Sequence record: SRR20825006_314
Length of the DNA stretch: 43,270 bases
Reading direction: 5' to 3' (one strand)
Shown here: piece by piece, positions 24,955-34,233 of the stretch
Numbering within the stretch: the first letter of the stretch is position 1
Layout of the letters: each line of letters opens with the position of its first letter
Notes under the pieces: generated by a model
Database searches by the model: none
What the model saw: the letters and a program-made list of their open reading frames with translations, nothing else
Told to the model about the DNA's origin: nothing
Translations under genes and position numbers: made by a program

Positions 24955-26044
24955 GAGATGTTTTCAACCTTCTTTCGAGATAGCGCGAATAGGCGCCCAT
25001 AATGTAACTAAAGACGAGATAGACCACGGCCGCGAAGGCATAGCCTTCCAACACGGCGATGCCTTGCCAATTTGGGTCGCGCATGGCACCGCGGATGGTG
25101 TTCAAAAAGTCGAACAGGCCGATGATGGTCACCAAAGTGGTGTCTTGGAAAAAGCCAATGAAAACCATCACGAGTGGGGGGATAACGATCTTCAAGCTTT
25201 GCGGCAGAATGATCAGCCGCATGGATTGCCAGTAGGAAAGGCCAAGCGCTTTGGCTGCTTCATATTGGCCATCGTCGATGGCCTGTAGGCCGCCGCGCAC
25301 CACTTCGGCGATATAGGCTGCTGCAAACATGATCACGGCCACTTGCGCGCGCAACACCTGATTGATGGTCATGCCATCAGGCAGGAATAATGGAAACATC
25401 ACCGAGGCCATGAACAGCAGGCTGATCAGCGGTACGCCGCGGATCAATTCAATATAGGTGATGGAAATGGTGCGAATGGCAGGCAATTTGGAGCGGCGGC
25501 CCAAGGCCAACAACACGCCAAAAGGGAAGCCAGCAGCAATGCCCACGAATGAGAGCATGATGGTGAGCGGCAAGCCACCCCACTTGCTGGTGCTGACAGG
25601 CTCCAAGCCAAATACGCCGCCGCTCATCAGAATAAACATCGCAATCAAAGCGACGATCCAACCGTAAAAGAGTTCCTTTCGCCACATGATGGGCAGCATG
25701 GAAAGGGCCGTCATGCCCAGCATGAGGCCGACTGCAGATGCAGGCCGCCAATGATCTTCAAACGGGAAATAGCCGAACAGGAAGAACCGGATTTTTGTGG
25801 CGACGAACGGCCAGCAAGCGCCATTATTGATGCGGCAATCTTCTGGCGTGCCTGTCCACAGCGCATCAATGAAAGCCCATTTGATGAGCAACCAGCTCAC
25901 CCAAACAAAGGCGATAATGCAAATGCTGGAGACAATGGCGTTAAAAGGCGTGCCGAAATAGTTTTTGCGGATATGGTCCGCAACGCTTGTGGTGTCTTCT
26001 GGTGGGCGGCGCGAAGAAATCAGAACTTTTGCAACATTTGACAT
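24947..26044 (-). CDS. Amino acid ABC transporter permease (AapM/BztC-like)
   Basis: GACW.F, WGGL.LT, ELIRGVPLI and EAA loop AEVVRGGLQAI..GQYEAA. Confidence 0.92.
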   Translation of the reverse strand: MSNVAKVLISSRRPPEDTTSVADHIRKNYFGTPFNAIVSSICIIAFVWVSWLLIKWAFIDALWTGTPEDCRINNGACWPFVATKIRFFLFGYFPFEDHWRPASAVGLMLGMTALSMLPIMWRKELFYGWIVALIAMFILMSGGVFGLEPVSTSKWGGLPLTIMLSFVGIAAGFPFGVLLALGRRSKLPAIRTISITYIELIRGVPLISLLFMASVMFPLFLPDGMTINQVLRAQVAVIMFAAAYIAEVVRGGLQAIDDGQYEAAKALGLSYWQSMRLIILPQSLKIVIPPLVMVFIGFFQDTTLVTIIGLFDFLNTIRGAMRDPNWQGIAVLEGYAFAAVVYLVFSYIMGAYSRYLERRLKTSHD

Positions 26045-26045
26045 C

Positions 26046-27239
26046 TTAGCGTCCTTTCAAGGCCACGCGGCCATTATACCAATTCATCGCCACAGATGTG
26101 AGCAAGCTGAGGCCGAGATAGACCGCCATAAAAATGGCGATGCCTTCGATGGCTTGCCCGGTCTGGTTCATGGTTGTGTTGGACACCATCACCAAGTCTG
26201 GATAGCCGATGGCAATGGCCAGCGTGCTGTTTTTGGTGACATTGAGATAGTTCGATGTCAGCGGCGGAATAATTACGCGTAATGCTTGAGGTAAAATCAC
26301 GGACTTCATTACGCGATTGCCTTTTAGCCCCAGCGACCGTGCCGCCTCCCACTGACCCTTATTGACCGATTGGATGCCGGACCGCACGATTTCGGCAACA
26401 TTGGCGGTTGCCGTCAAGGTCAGGCCGATCAGCAGCGCTGCAAATTCGGCGGTGATCCGACCACCCCCGCTAAAGCGGAAGCGCCCTAATTCGGGGAAGT
26501 TCCAGTTAAATTCTGGCGTGAAGAGAAAATAGGCCAAAGCCAACGGCAGTGCGATGATGGCCAGATGGACTGGCCAAATGCGCACTTTTTCACCGGTTTT
26601 GATGCGTTTTTGAATGGCCCATTTATTGGTGAAATAGGCTGCAACCATTGATGCAATCAAAGTGATCAGCAACATAGTATGGGCAAATGACCATTCCAAA
26701 ACCGGCACATAAAAGCCGCCATTGGAGATGTAAACGCCGGGGGCCAGCTGCAATGCTTCACGCACCGGCGGGAAAATGAACACGATGATTGTGTACCAGA
26801 AGAAGAGGTGCAACAATAACGGGATGTTGCGCATGATCTCGACATAGATCAGCATCAGCTTCGACAAAAGCGGGTTGGGAGATAGGCGCAAAACGCCGAT
26901 AAAGGTGCCCAAAAATGTGCAGAGCACACAGGCCAGCAGCGACACATAGATGGTGTTCAATAGCCCAACCAAAAGGGCGCGCGCATAGCTGTCTGCTGGG
27001 GAAAACTCAATCAGTCGATCACTGATTTCAAAACCTGCTTCTAGCCCAAGATAGTCAAAGCCAGAGGCGATATTTTGTTGCCGCAAGTTTGTGGCGGCGT
27101 TGAACCAGAGGAAATAGGCGACAAGCGCAACGCCTGCAACGGCCAGCACCTGATAGAGGATTGCACGCACACGCTCATCATAAAATAAGCTCGACCAGCT
27201 TGTGGCCTGCGCGGATTTTGTTTGCCGATTTATTGACAT
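26046..27239 (-). CDS. Amino acid ABC transporter permease (AapQ/BztB-like)
   Basis: RALLVGLLNT, RNIPLLL, AEIVRSGI.SV..GQWEAA and NQTGQAIE. GGGAGG RBS before ATG at 27239. Confidence 0.92.
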   Translation of the reverse strand: MSINRQTKSAQATSWSSLFYDERVRAILYQVLAVAGVALVAYFLWFNAATNLRQQNIASGFDYLGLEAGFEISDRLIEFSPADSYARALLVGLLNTIYVSLLACVLCTFLGTFIGVLRLSPNPLLSKLMLIYVEIMRNIPLLLHLFFWYTIIVFIFPPVREALQLAPGVYISNGGFYVPVLEWSFAHTMLLITLIASMVAAYFTNKWAIQKRIKTGEKVRIWPVHLAIIALPLALAYFLFTPEFNWNFPELGRFRFSGGGRITAEFAALLIGLTLTATANVAEIVRSGIQSVNKGQWEAARSLGLKGNRVMKSVILPQALRVIIPPLTSNYLNVTKNSTLAIAIGYPDLVMVSNTTMNQTGQAIEGIAIFMAVYLGLSLLTSVAMNWYNGRVALKGR

Positions 27240-27330
27240 TATTGGCCCTCCCATCCCCAAGGTTCGGGCACCCGCGCCGCAGCGCGAATGCCAAGCTTTT
27301 GATCATGCTCTTATGAAAAGAGCTTCAGGA

Positions 27331-28350
27331 TCAACGGAATGGAGGTGAGTAAAGCAGGCCGCCATCCGTATGTAGTTTGTTTTGAGCACGGCTCAAACCA
27401 AGTGGGGTGTCGGGACCCAGGTGACGATTGAAGATTTCACCATAATTGCCCACGCTTTTGATGATTTGGTAGGCCCAATCATCGTTCAAGCCGAGCTGTT
27501 TGCCCAATTCACCAGTTGTGCCCAAGAAGCGCTGGATTTCTGGGTTTTCGCTGTTGAGCATTTCATCCACATTGGCTTGGGTGATGCCGTTTTCTTCAGC
27601 AAAAATCAGCGCGTAGACAGACCATGTCAAAATGTCGAGCCATTGGTCATCATCGTGGCGTACCACAGGGCCCAATGGTTCTTTTGAAATGGTTTCTGGC
27701 AACACAACATAAGCGCTTGGATCGTTGGCCACAGCTTTTGTTGAAGCAAGGTCTGACCGGTCAGAGGTCAATACATCACAACGGCCAGAGAAGAAGGCAT
27801 TGCGCCATTCATCCGTGTTTTCAAATACGACAGATTCAAAGCTGATATTGTTGGTGCGGAAAAAGTCCGACAGGTTTTGCTGGGTTGTGGTGCCCGGCAA
27901 AATACATACGGCTGCACCATCCAAATCATATGCGCTTTCAACGCCCAGATCTTTTGGCACCATCACGCCTTGGCCATCATAGAAAACGATGGGGCCGAAG
28001 TTGAGGCCTAATGAGTTGTCGCGTGAGAATGTGTGTGTGGTTTGGCGAGACAGAATGTCGATTTCGCCAGATTGCAGCGCTTGAAAGCGAGTGTTTGTGT
28101 TGGTTGGAATAAATTCAACTTTGTCACCGTCAGCAAAAACCGCCGCAGAAACGGCACGGCAGATATCTGCATCCAAGCCTTGAACCTTGCCTTGGTCATC
28201 GGCATAGGCAAAGCCCGCTGATGAAGGTGAAACACCGCACAAAACGTGACCACGCTCTTTCGTGGCGTCCAATGTGCCTGCTGCATGCGCTGCAACACTG
28301 CTCACGCTGAGCATGGCGGCGGCAAGAAGTACGCTCTTTTTAAGTGTCAT
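27331..28350 (-). CDS. Amino acid ABC transporter substrate-binding protein (AapJ/BztA-like)
   Basis: Signal peptide. RF.ALQSGEIDILSR.TT, FYDGQG, ISKEPLGP, VGNYGEIF.R and GLLYSPPFR motifs. Confidence 0.93.
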   Translation of the reverse strand: MTLKKSVLLAAAMLSVSSVAAHAAGTLDATKERGHVLCGVSPSSAGFAYADDQGKVQGLDADICRAVSAAVFADGDKVEFIPTNTNTRFQALQSGEIDILSRQTTHTFSRDNSLGLNFGPIVFYDGQGVMVPKDLGVESAYDLDGAAVCILPGTTTQQNLSDFFRTNNISFESVVFENTDEWRNAFFSGRCDVLTSDRSDLASTKAVANDPSAYVVLPETISKEPLGPVVRHDDDQWLDILTWSVYALIFAEENGITQANVDEMLNSENPEIQRFLGTTGELGKQLGLNDDWAYQIIKSVGNYGEIFNRHLGPDTPLGLSRAQNKLHTDGGLLYSPPFR

Positions 28351-28686
28351 GATTTCCTCCCTATTGCCTCTTGAATTTGGCAATTGGTCTCTATGACAAA
28401 GAGACCATTATCCAGTATGCATACAAGCTGGATGCAATGTAAAAGAAAAAATGATCATTAACTCATTATTAATAATCATCAATCTGTCAGGCTTGTTGTA
28501 AGACTTTGATAATTAAAGAAATATTGTATAAATTTGATTGTGCACAGGCAGCTTATCGCTGTTCGTTGGGGCGATCAAGCGACGTAAATAAGATAAATTT
28601 TAGTCTAATTTTGCCAAAGTATTTGGCGGAATTGTTAGGGCTGTATACAGTCCAAATTAATACCTTTGAAGGTAAGTCTTTGAGGC

Positions 28687-28893
28687 TTAGTCATTGTTTA
28701 GGCGGTTTTGCAAATCTTCTTTGATTTGCTTTTCAGTCGCTTGTTTTTTGAACACAATTGCCCCGAGCACTGCACCAACAAAGCCAAGTAGAATGAAGAC
28801 AATCAGGCCAATGGTGTTGGGCAAGATGACCCACATAAATAGGCCGAACAGCAAAAAGCCAAATGTGATCAAGAAACGGTTGAAATGCGCCAT
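28687..28893 (-). CDS. Small 2-TM hypothetical protein, 68 aa
   Basis: GGAGG RBS, two hydrophobic segments and a charged tail. Located 47 nt downstream of the PfkB gene. Confidence 0.65.
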   Translation of the reverse strand: MAHFNRFLITFGFLLFGLFMWVILPNTIGLIVFILLGFVGAVLGAIVFKKQATEKQIKEDLQNRLNND

Positions 28894-28940
28894 AGCAATG
28901 CCTCCATTTCGCTAGCCATACCGGGAGTTGCTGATCGTGT

Positions 28941-29852
28941 CTAGCTGCCCGTTTGCTTGATCAGTGCTGCGCCAGTTGCACCACCAATTGACCCAATGGA
29001 AGAAGCTGCGAAGCGATTGCCTTCTTCCAAGGCTTGCTGGTCGGGTTGACCATTTAGCCATGCCGTCAGAAAACCGGCATTGAAGGCATCGCCGGCCCCT
29101 GTTGGGTCAACAATGGTGCAGGGAAGCGCGGACGCGGATGAATATTGGCCGTTATGAAACAAAGTCGCGCCATCTGCGCCGCGCTTCACGATAATTTTGG
29201 TGGTCCAATCGCTTAGCTCTGATGCAAAAAATTCAATCTCACCGGTCACGTCAAACACCCGTTTGAACTCTGACAGATTAGGCAAAAACAGATCGACTTG
29301 CTGGATCAGGTCGCGCACTTCTCCGGCATCCATTGCGGCTTCGTCCCAGGCGCAATCCAGCGAAATACTTAGCCCTGCTGCCTTTGCCTTGTCCAGAATA
29401 AAGGGCGCCTCGAGCAGCGTTGCCAATTCAGCGATATGCAAATGTTTGATGCTTGGGTCCGCAATGGCTTGATCGAAATTATTGGGGATCGGTTCTCCGC
29501 CACGGCGTGTCAGGAACGCCCGGTCATCATTTAATGCCATAGCCACAGTGAGCTGTGTGCCCCACTTTTCATCCGCGGTTACGGCATAGCGGTCACCAAT
29601 GCCAGATTGGGCAAGATCGTTTTGCACAAAGCTACCGATTGGTCCGTGGGGCAGATAGGCACAAATCTCAGTTGGTTGTCCCGCTGCGGCCAAATAAGCG
29701 GCAGTTATATAGGCGCCGCCGCCAGCATGGGCGCTAAAGCTATCAGCGTAAACTTCTTCGCCCAGCCTTGGCATGTGCGGCAGGCCAGCGAACACGAGGT
29801 CGCAATAGATGCGACCTACGCATAAAACGCCTTTTCGGTTTCCGTCTGTCAC
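28941..29852 (-). CDS. PfkB/ribokinase family carbohydrate kinase
   Basis: AGGGA.ITA, VK.GADGA and VDPTGAGDAFNAG. GTGA overlap with the ATPase gene. Confidence 0.92.
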   Translation of the reverse strand: MTDGNRKGVLCVGRIYCDLVFAGLPHMPRLGEEVYADSFSAHAGGGAYITAAYLAAAGQPTEICAYLPHGPIGSFVQNDLAQSGIGDRYAVTADEKWGTQLTVAMALNDDRAFLTRRGGEPIPNNFDQAIADPSIKHLHIAELATLLEAPFILDKAKAAGLSISLDCAWDEAAMDAGEVRDLIQQVDLFLPNLSEFKRVFDVTGEIEFFASELSDWTTKIIVKRGADGATLFHNGQYSSASALPCTIVDPTGAGDAFNAGFLTAWLNGQPDQQALEEGNRFAASSIGSIGGATGAALIKQTGS

Positions 29853-30913
29853 GCAAGGGCCTCTTGCGTGTTGGTGTCGAACATGTGGATTTCTTCTGCG
29901 TCAGCATAGAGGGCGATCTTTTCGCCTGGCTGCGGATGCACACGGCCCGGTGCCGACGCGATGACCTCATGGCCGCCCACATCAAGATAGAGCAGGGTTT
30001 CGGTGCCCAATGGCTCCACAAGTGAAACGGTGCCTTCCATCAATGGCGTTTGGCCTTCCTTCGCAGTGGTCAGGGCACTTGGGCGGATGCCAATTGTGAT
30101 GTCTTTCACATCTGCTTTATGTGGCATTTTGATCGTTGGTCCGGCTTCTAGCTTCACGCTTTCGCCTTCAGCTGTGCCTTTGAGCATATTCATGGAAGGG
30201 GCGCCAATAAATTGGGCCACAAACATGTTTTTGGGCTTCAGGAACACTTCTGACGGTGTGCCCACTTGCTGGATGTATCCGTCTTTCATGATCACAATGC
30301 GGTCGGCCAATGTCATGGCTTCCACTTGGTCGTGGGTCACGAAAATGATGGTGGTGCCTACCCGCTGGTGAAGCTTCTTGATTTCAAGGCGCATTTGCGT
30401 GCGCAACTGCGCATCCAGGTTTGAGAGCGGTTCATCGAAAAGGAAAACCGATGGGTCACGCACCATCGCGCGGCCAATGGCCACCCGTTGGCGTTGCCCA
30501 CCGGAAAGTTGCGAGGGTTTGCGCTCAAGTAGTTCAGTCATGCCCAGAATTGCGGCGACTTCGTCGATCCGCTTTTCTTTTTCGGGCTTGCTCATTTTAG
30601 AGGTGTGCAGGCCAAAACCGATATTTTTGCGCACGCTCATATGGGGATAGATGGCATAATTTTGGAACACCATGGCGATGTTGCGTTCTTTGGGTTCCAA
30701 ATTGTTCACCACGCGGTCGCCGATGGAGATTTCACCAGAGGTGATTTCTTCCAGCCCAGCCAGCATGCGCAACGTGGTGGATTTGCCGCAACCGGAAGGG
30801 CCAACCAACACGACAAATTCGCCGTCTTTCACATCCAAATTGATGCCGTGTAGCACTTCGGCTTTGCCATAGGCTTTGGTCAAGTCTGATAAAGTTACGG
30901 TTGCCACAATCAT
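29849..30913 (-). CDS. Sugar ABC transporter ATP-binding protein (MalK/UgpC type)
   Basis: GPSGCGKS, VFQNYAIYPH, LSGGQRQRVAIGR and FDEPLSNLDA motifs. Confidence 0.95.
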   Translation of the reverse strand: MIVATVTLSDLTKAYGKAEVLHGINLDVKDGEFVVLVGPSGCGKSTTLRMLAGLEEITSGEISIGDRVVNNLEPKERNIAMVFQNYAIYPHMSVRKNIGFGLHTSKMSKPEKEKRIDEVAAILGMTELLERKPSQLSGGQRQRVAIGRAMVRDPSVFLFDEPLSNLDAQLRTQMRLEIKKLHQRVGTTIIFVTHDQVEAMTLADRIVIMKDGYIQQVGTPSEVFLKPKNMFVAQFIGAPSMNMLKGTAEGESVKLEAGPTIKMPHKADVKDITIGIRPSALTTAKEGQTPLMEGTVSLVEPLGTETLLYLDVGGHEVIASAPGRVHPQPGEKIALYADAEEIHMFDTNTQEALA

Positions 30914-32406
30914 TCCCCCCGATTGTTGAGTAGGGCGTCAAATGCTTTTTCGCGCATTTGGTTCGCGTTGTTTTTTCTTGTTTGGATGTGCTCAAATTCT
31001 GTTTTGAGCTGATCGAAATGAGCGATTTGTCGCTCTAATGAGGCATCAATAGCCACAGGTGCCGGGCCGCCAAACCGCTTGCGCACATTTACGAAATGTC
31101 GGGCTGAAACCGCTTTGCGATAGGCCGCTTCGTTCAGATGCGTATCGCGCTCTGTCATTTTTTCAAATGCAGCGTGGAAATCCTCATAGGCCTCGGCCAA
31201 GGATTTGCCATCGGCGATCACCTTTTTGGCGGTCGCTGCTGCAATTTCATGTGCTTGACGGAAAGAGATGCTTTCCTCGCGCACCAATGTGTCCGCCAGC
31301 TCGGTAATGGTGATGCAGGCTGCATCGCTGGTTTTGGCCACGTGTTCTTCGTTGATGGAGAGGGCGGGGATAAACGCCGCCAACAGATCGATAGCGCGGC
31401 CGCCGCTTTCAAATGTTGCATAGCCCGCCTGTTGCACTTCGCCTTCGCTGTCATTCATGTCGGTGAAAGGCGTGTTGTGCATGGTGTTGACCATCATGTC
31501 GCAACGCCCTGCGGTGACAGAGCAGAGATGGCGCATATGCTCGATGGGTACAGGATTGCGCTTTTGCGGCATGATCGAGCTGATCTGCACCAGAGCGTTC
31601 GGCACATAGAGCTGACCCACTTCAAAGGCGCTCCAAAACTGGAAGTCTTGGATCACGCGGCCCAGATGCACAAAGATCAGTTTGATCGCGCTATAAAGGC
31701 CAGTGATGTAGTCCACGCTGGCAATGCATCCATATGCATTTTCCAACGGCGCTTCAAAGCCCAGCAATTCAGCAATATAGGTGCGGCTTATTGGAAAGCC
31801 AGACGTGGTGATGGCGGCTGCGCCCATGGGGCATTTTTCAATTTGATGCCGTGCCAACATTAGTCGATCAAGGTCGCGCAGCAGCACTTCAGATGCGGCC
31901 AATAGATAATGGCCGAATGTGCTTGGTTGCGCTGGTTGGCCATGGGTATAGGCAACAATCAGTGTTTCTTTTTCTCTCGCCGCTGTCTCGTGCATGGCCT
32001 GCACAAGGCTATAGAGCGAGCGGATCAATTCATCGGCGCGCTTTTGCAGGCCAAGCTTGAACACGGTATGGTCCATATCATTGCGGCTGCGTGCCGTGTG
32101 CAGTGCACCAGCCAAATCTGGGCCAAGCCGCTTCTTCAGCTCGGCTTCAACCAGGAAGAAATAGTCTTCCACTTCACCGGTATAGGTGAGGGATTGCACG
32201 TCCACTTCTTCATCGATGGCGCGCAAAGCAGTAGCCAGTTTGTGGCCCGTGCTTTGAGGCAAAATGCCTTCTTCCACCAGCATCACCAAATGGGCTTGGT
32301 TGATGCGACGGAACGCGTCCACATGGTGGGCCTTGGCGCCTTCAAAAAGAGGTGCCAACACCGCATCTTTGTAGACTGGATGTGGGAAAACGGAGTTATC
32401 ACTCAT
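30910..32406 (-). CDS. Argininosuccinate-lyase-like enzyme (fumarase/aspartase superfamily), divergent ArgH paralog
   Basis: C1 LHTARSRND, C2 AYTHGQPAQP, C3 ISSIMPQKRNP, and FRQAH. True start ATG 32406 (ATGA overlap with the permease). Confidence 0.88.
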   Translation of the reverse strand: MSDNSVFPHPVYKDAVLAPLFEGAKAHHVDAFRRINQAHLVMLVEEGILPQSTGHKLATALRAIDEEVDVQSLTYTGEVEDYFFLVEAELKKRLGPDLAGALHTARSRNDMDHTVFKLGLQKRADELIRSLYSLVQAMHETAAREKETLIVAYTHGQPAQPSTFGHYLLAASEVLLRDLDRLMLARHQIEKCPMGAAAITTSGFPISRTYIAELLGFEAPLENAYGCIASVDYITGLYSAIKLIFVHLGRVIQDFQFWSAFEVGQLYVPNALVQISSIMPQKRNPVPIEHMRHLCSVTAGRCDMMVNTMHNTPFTDMNDSEGEVQQAGYATFESGGRAIDLLAAFIPALSINEEHVAKTSDAACITITELADTLVREESISFRQAHEIAAATAKKVIADGKSLAEAYEDFHAAFEKMTERDTHLNEAAYRKAVSARHFVNVRKRFGGPAPVAIDASLERQIAHFDQLKTEFEHIQTRKNNANQMREKAFDALLNNRGE

Positions 32407-33287
32407 CCTTTTAGCCCCGCCATAACCACGCCGCGAATAATAAAGCGCTGGAAGATCAGGAACACGATCAGTGTTGGAATGGTCGCCAAAGCAGCCCCCG
32501 TCATGATCAGCTCCCACTGCACCGATTGCTCAACACTAAAGGTGGTGAGGCCAACGGGCAGGGTGTAAAGTTCTGGCGAGTTGGTCACGATTAGCGGCCA
32601 GATAAAGGCTGTCCAGTTGCCCAAGAAGATGAAAATGGCAAGCGCAGCAAGCGCAGGTTTCACCATTGGCATTGCCACGCGCCACCAGATTTGGAATTCG
32701 TTCAACCCGTCGATCCGCGCGGCTTCCAAAAAGTCGTCTGGCACTGATTCAAAGAATTGCTTCATCAAAAATGTGCCGAAGGCAGTCATGATTCCGGGGA
32801 ACATGATGCCCCAGTAGGTGTCGAGCCAGCCGAAGTTTTTCGCCATCAAATACCATGGGATCACCAGCATTTCGGTTGGGATCATCAAGGTAGAGAGAAT
32901 GGCAACAAAGACAATCATGCGGCCACGGAACTGGAATTTACACAAGGTATATCCCACCAAGGCATCGAACAGCACGGCCGACACTGTGGTGACTGTGGCG
33001 ATGATCAGTGAGTTGAGGAACCACATATAGAAGCGGCCATCCTCAAGCACATAGGCGTAATTGTCGAGAGTGGGTTCTTCAGGGATGATCGACAGATTAT
33101 AGATTTCATGTGGCCATTTCAACGACGTGGAAATCATATAAACAATCGGCATCACCATCAAAATGCCGCCGGCCATAAGCAATATCCAACGCAAAATCGC
33201 GATGGGGTCTTGTTTGCGGGCATGGCGTTTTGGAGTGGCTTTGTCCAACGCGTCAGCGGTGACTTTAATATCTGCAGTGTTGGCCAT
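32403..33287 (-). CDS. Carbohydrate ABC transporter permease (MalG type)
   Basis: FLEAARIDG EAA loop and WTAFIWPL motif. Confidence 0.93.
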   Translation of the reverse strand: MANTADIKVTADALDKATPKRHARKQDPIAILRWILLMAGGILMVMPIVYMISTSLKWPHEIYNLSIIPEEPTLDNYAYVLEDGRFYMWFLNSLIIATVTTVSAVLFDALVGYTLCKFQFRGRMIVFVAILSTLMIPTEMLVIPWYLMAKNFGWLDTYWGIMFPGIMTAFGTFLMKQFFESVPDDFLEAARIDGLNEFQIWWRVAMPMVKPALAALAIFIFLGNWTAFIWPLIVTNSPELYTLPVGLTTFSVEQSVQWELIMTGAALATIPTLIVFLIFQRFIIRGVVMAGLKG

Positions 33288-33288
33288 T

Positions 33289-34182
33289 TTATTTGTCCCT
33301 CATGATATAAAGTTGCGCCAAGCTGACGGCCAAGAGAATGATAAAGAGCACCACAGTTTGCGCAGCGGCATAGCCCATATCGAACGAGTCAAAAGCGGTT
33401 TCGTAAATCATCAAAACGAGCGGTTTGGTTGAGTTAAGCGGCCCGCCCGGATTGTTTGAGGTCATGTTGAAGACCTGGTCGAAAATCCTCAAAAAGCCGA
33501 TTGAAGACAGCACCACGAGGAAAACTATAGTGGGCTTCAAGAGTGGCAGGGTGATGCGCCACAGAATGGTCCATGGTCCTACACCGTCGATGCGCGCGGC
33601 TTCATAATAGGTTTGCGGAATGGCGCGGAGGCCCGCCATAAAGATGATGATTTGAAAGCCCAATCCTGCCCACACCGCTGGCGCCAAAATGGATGGCAAT
33701 GCCCATGTGGTGGAGGAAAGGAAGGGAAATTGTGGAATGCCCACACTGGCCAGCGCGTTGTTGAACAAGCCAATGGGTACGGGTTGATAGAACCAGCGCC
33801 ATAGCCAGGCCATCGCGACAGTAGATGTCATAAAGGGTAGGAAATAGAGCGCGCGGATTGTGCCGTGCATAAAGCGCACTTTGTCTAAGTGGTAGGCCAC
33901 GATAAACGAGAACACCAAACTTACTGGTGTGCCCAGCAGCAAATAGACAAAGGTGTTTTTGAACACTTTCCAGAAAACGGGATCAGCAAATAGTTTGCCG
34001 TAATTGTCCAGCCCATTCCAAGTGCGATCGCCCAATAGGTTCCAATCTTGAAAAGAAAGGGTGATGGCGTTCAGCGTTGGGTAGAAGCGGATGACGCAAT
34101 AAAACAGGATTGGCAGTGACAAGAAGGTCCATGCCCACACTACCTGTTTTTGCTTAATGGTCAGATTGGCATACCAGCCCAT
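33289..34182 (-). CDS. Carbohydrate ABC transporter permease (MalF type)
   Basis: GLDNY, YYEAARIDG, GGP.NST and MGYAAA motifs. Confidence 0.93.
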   Translation of the reverse strand: MGWYANLTIKQKQVVWAWTFLSLPILFYCVIRFYPTLNAITLSFQDWNLLGDRTWNGLDNYGKLFADPVFWKVFKNTFVYLLLGTPVSLVFSFIVAYHLDKVRFMHGTIRALYFLPFMTSTVAMAWLWRWFYQPVPIGLFNNALASVGIPQFPFLSSTTWALPSILAPAVWAGLGFQIIIFMAGLRAIPQTYYEAARIDGVGPWTILWRITLPLLKPTIVFLVVLSSIGFLRIFDQVFNMTSNNPGGPLNSTKPLVLMIYETAFDSFDMGYAAAQTVVLFIILLAVSLAQLYIMRDK

Positions 34183-34202
34183 AATATTCCCCCCAGGAAA
34201 GT

Positions 34203-34227
34203 GAAGGGGCAGCGTGGCCGCCCCTTC
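34203..34227 (-). other. Intergenic stem-loop after the sugar SBP gene (mRNA stabiliser or partial terminator)
   Basis: GAAGGGGC-agcgtggcc-GCCCCTTC. Confidence 0.55.
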
Positions 34228-34233
34228 AAGATC

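Noticed and set aside
18614-28350. Ectoine catabolism (eut/doe) or uptake (ehu/tea) cluster, suggested by proximity to the ect genes
   Set aside because: No EutD/DoeA M24 peptidase, EutE deacetylase or MocR-type EnuR. The transporter is Aap-like, not Ehu or TRAP.
32407-32517. N-terminal extension of the lyase ORF (535 aa)
   Set aside because: Overlaps the permease in another frame. ATG 32406 gives a typical ATGA coupling.
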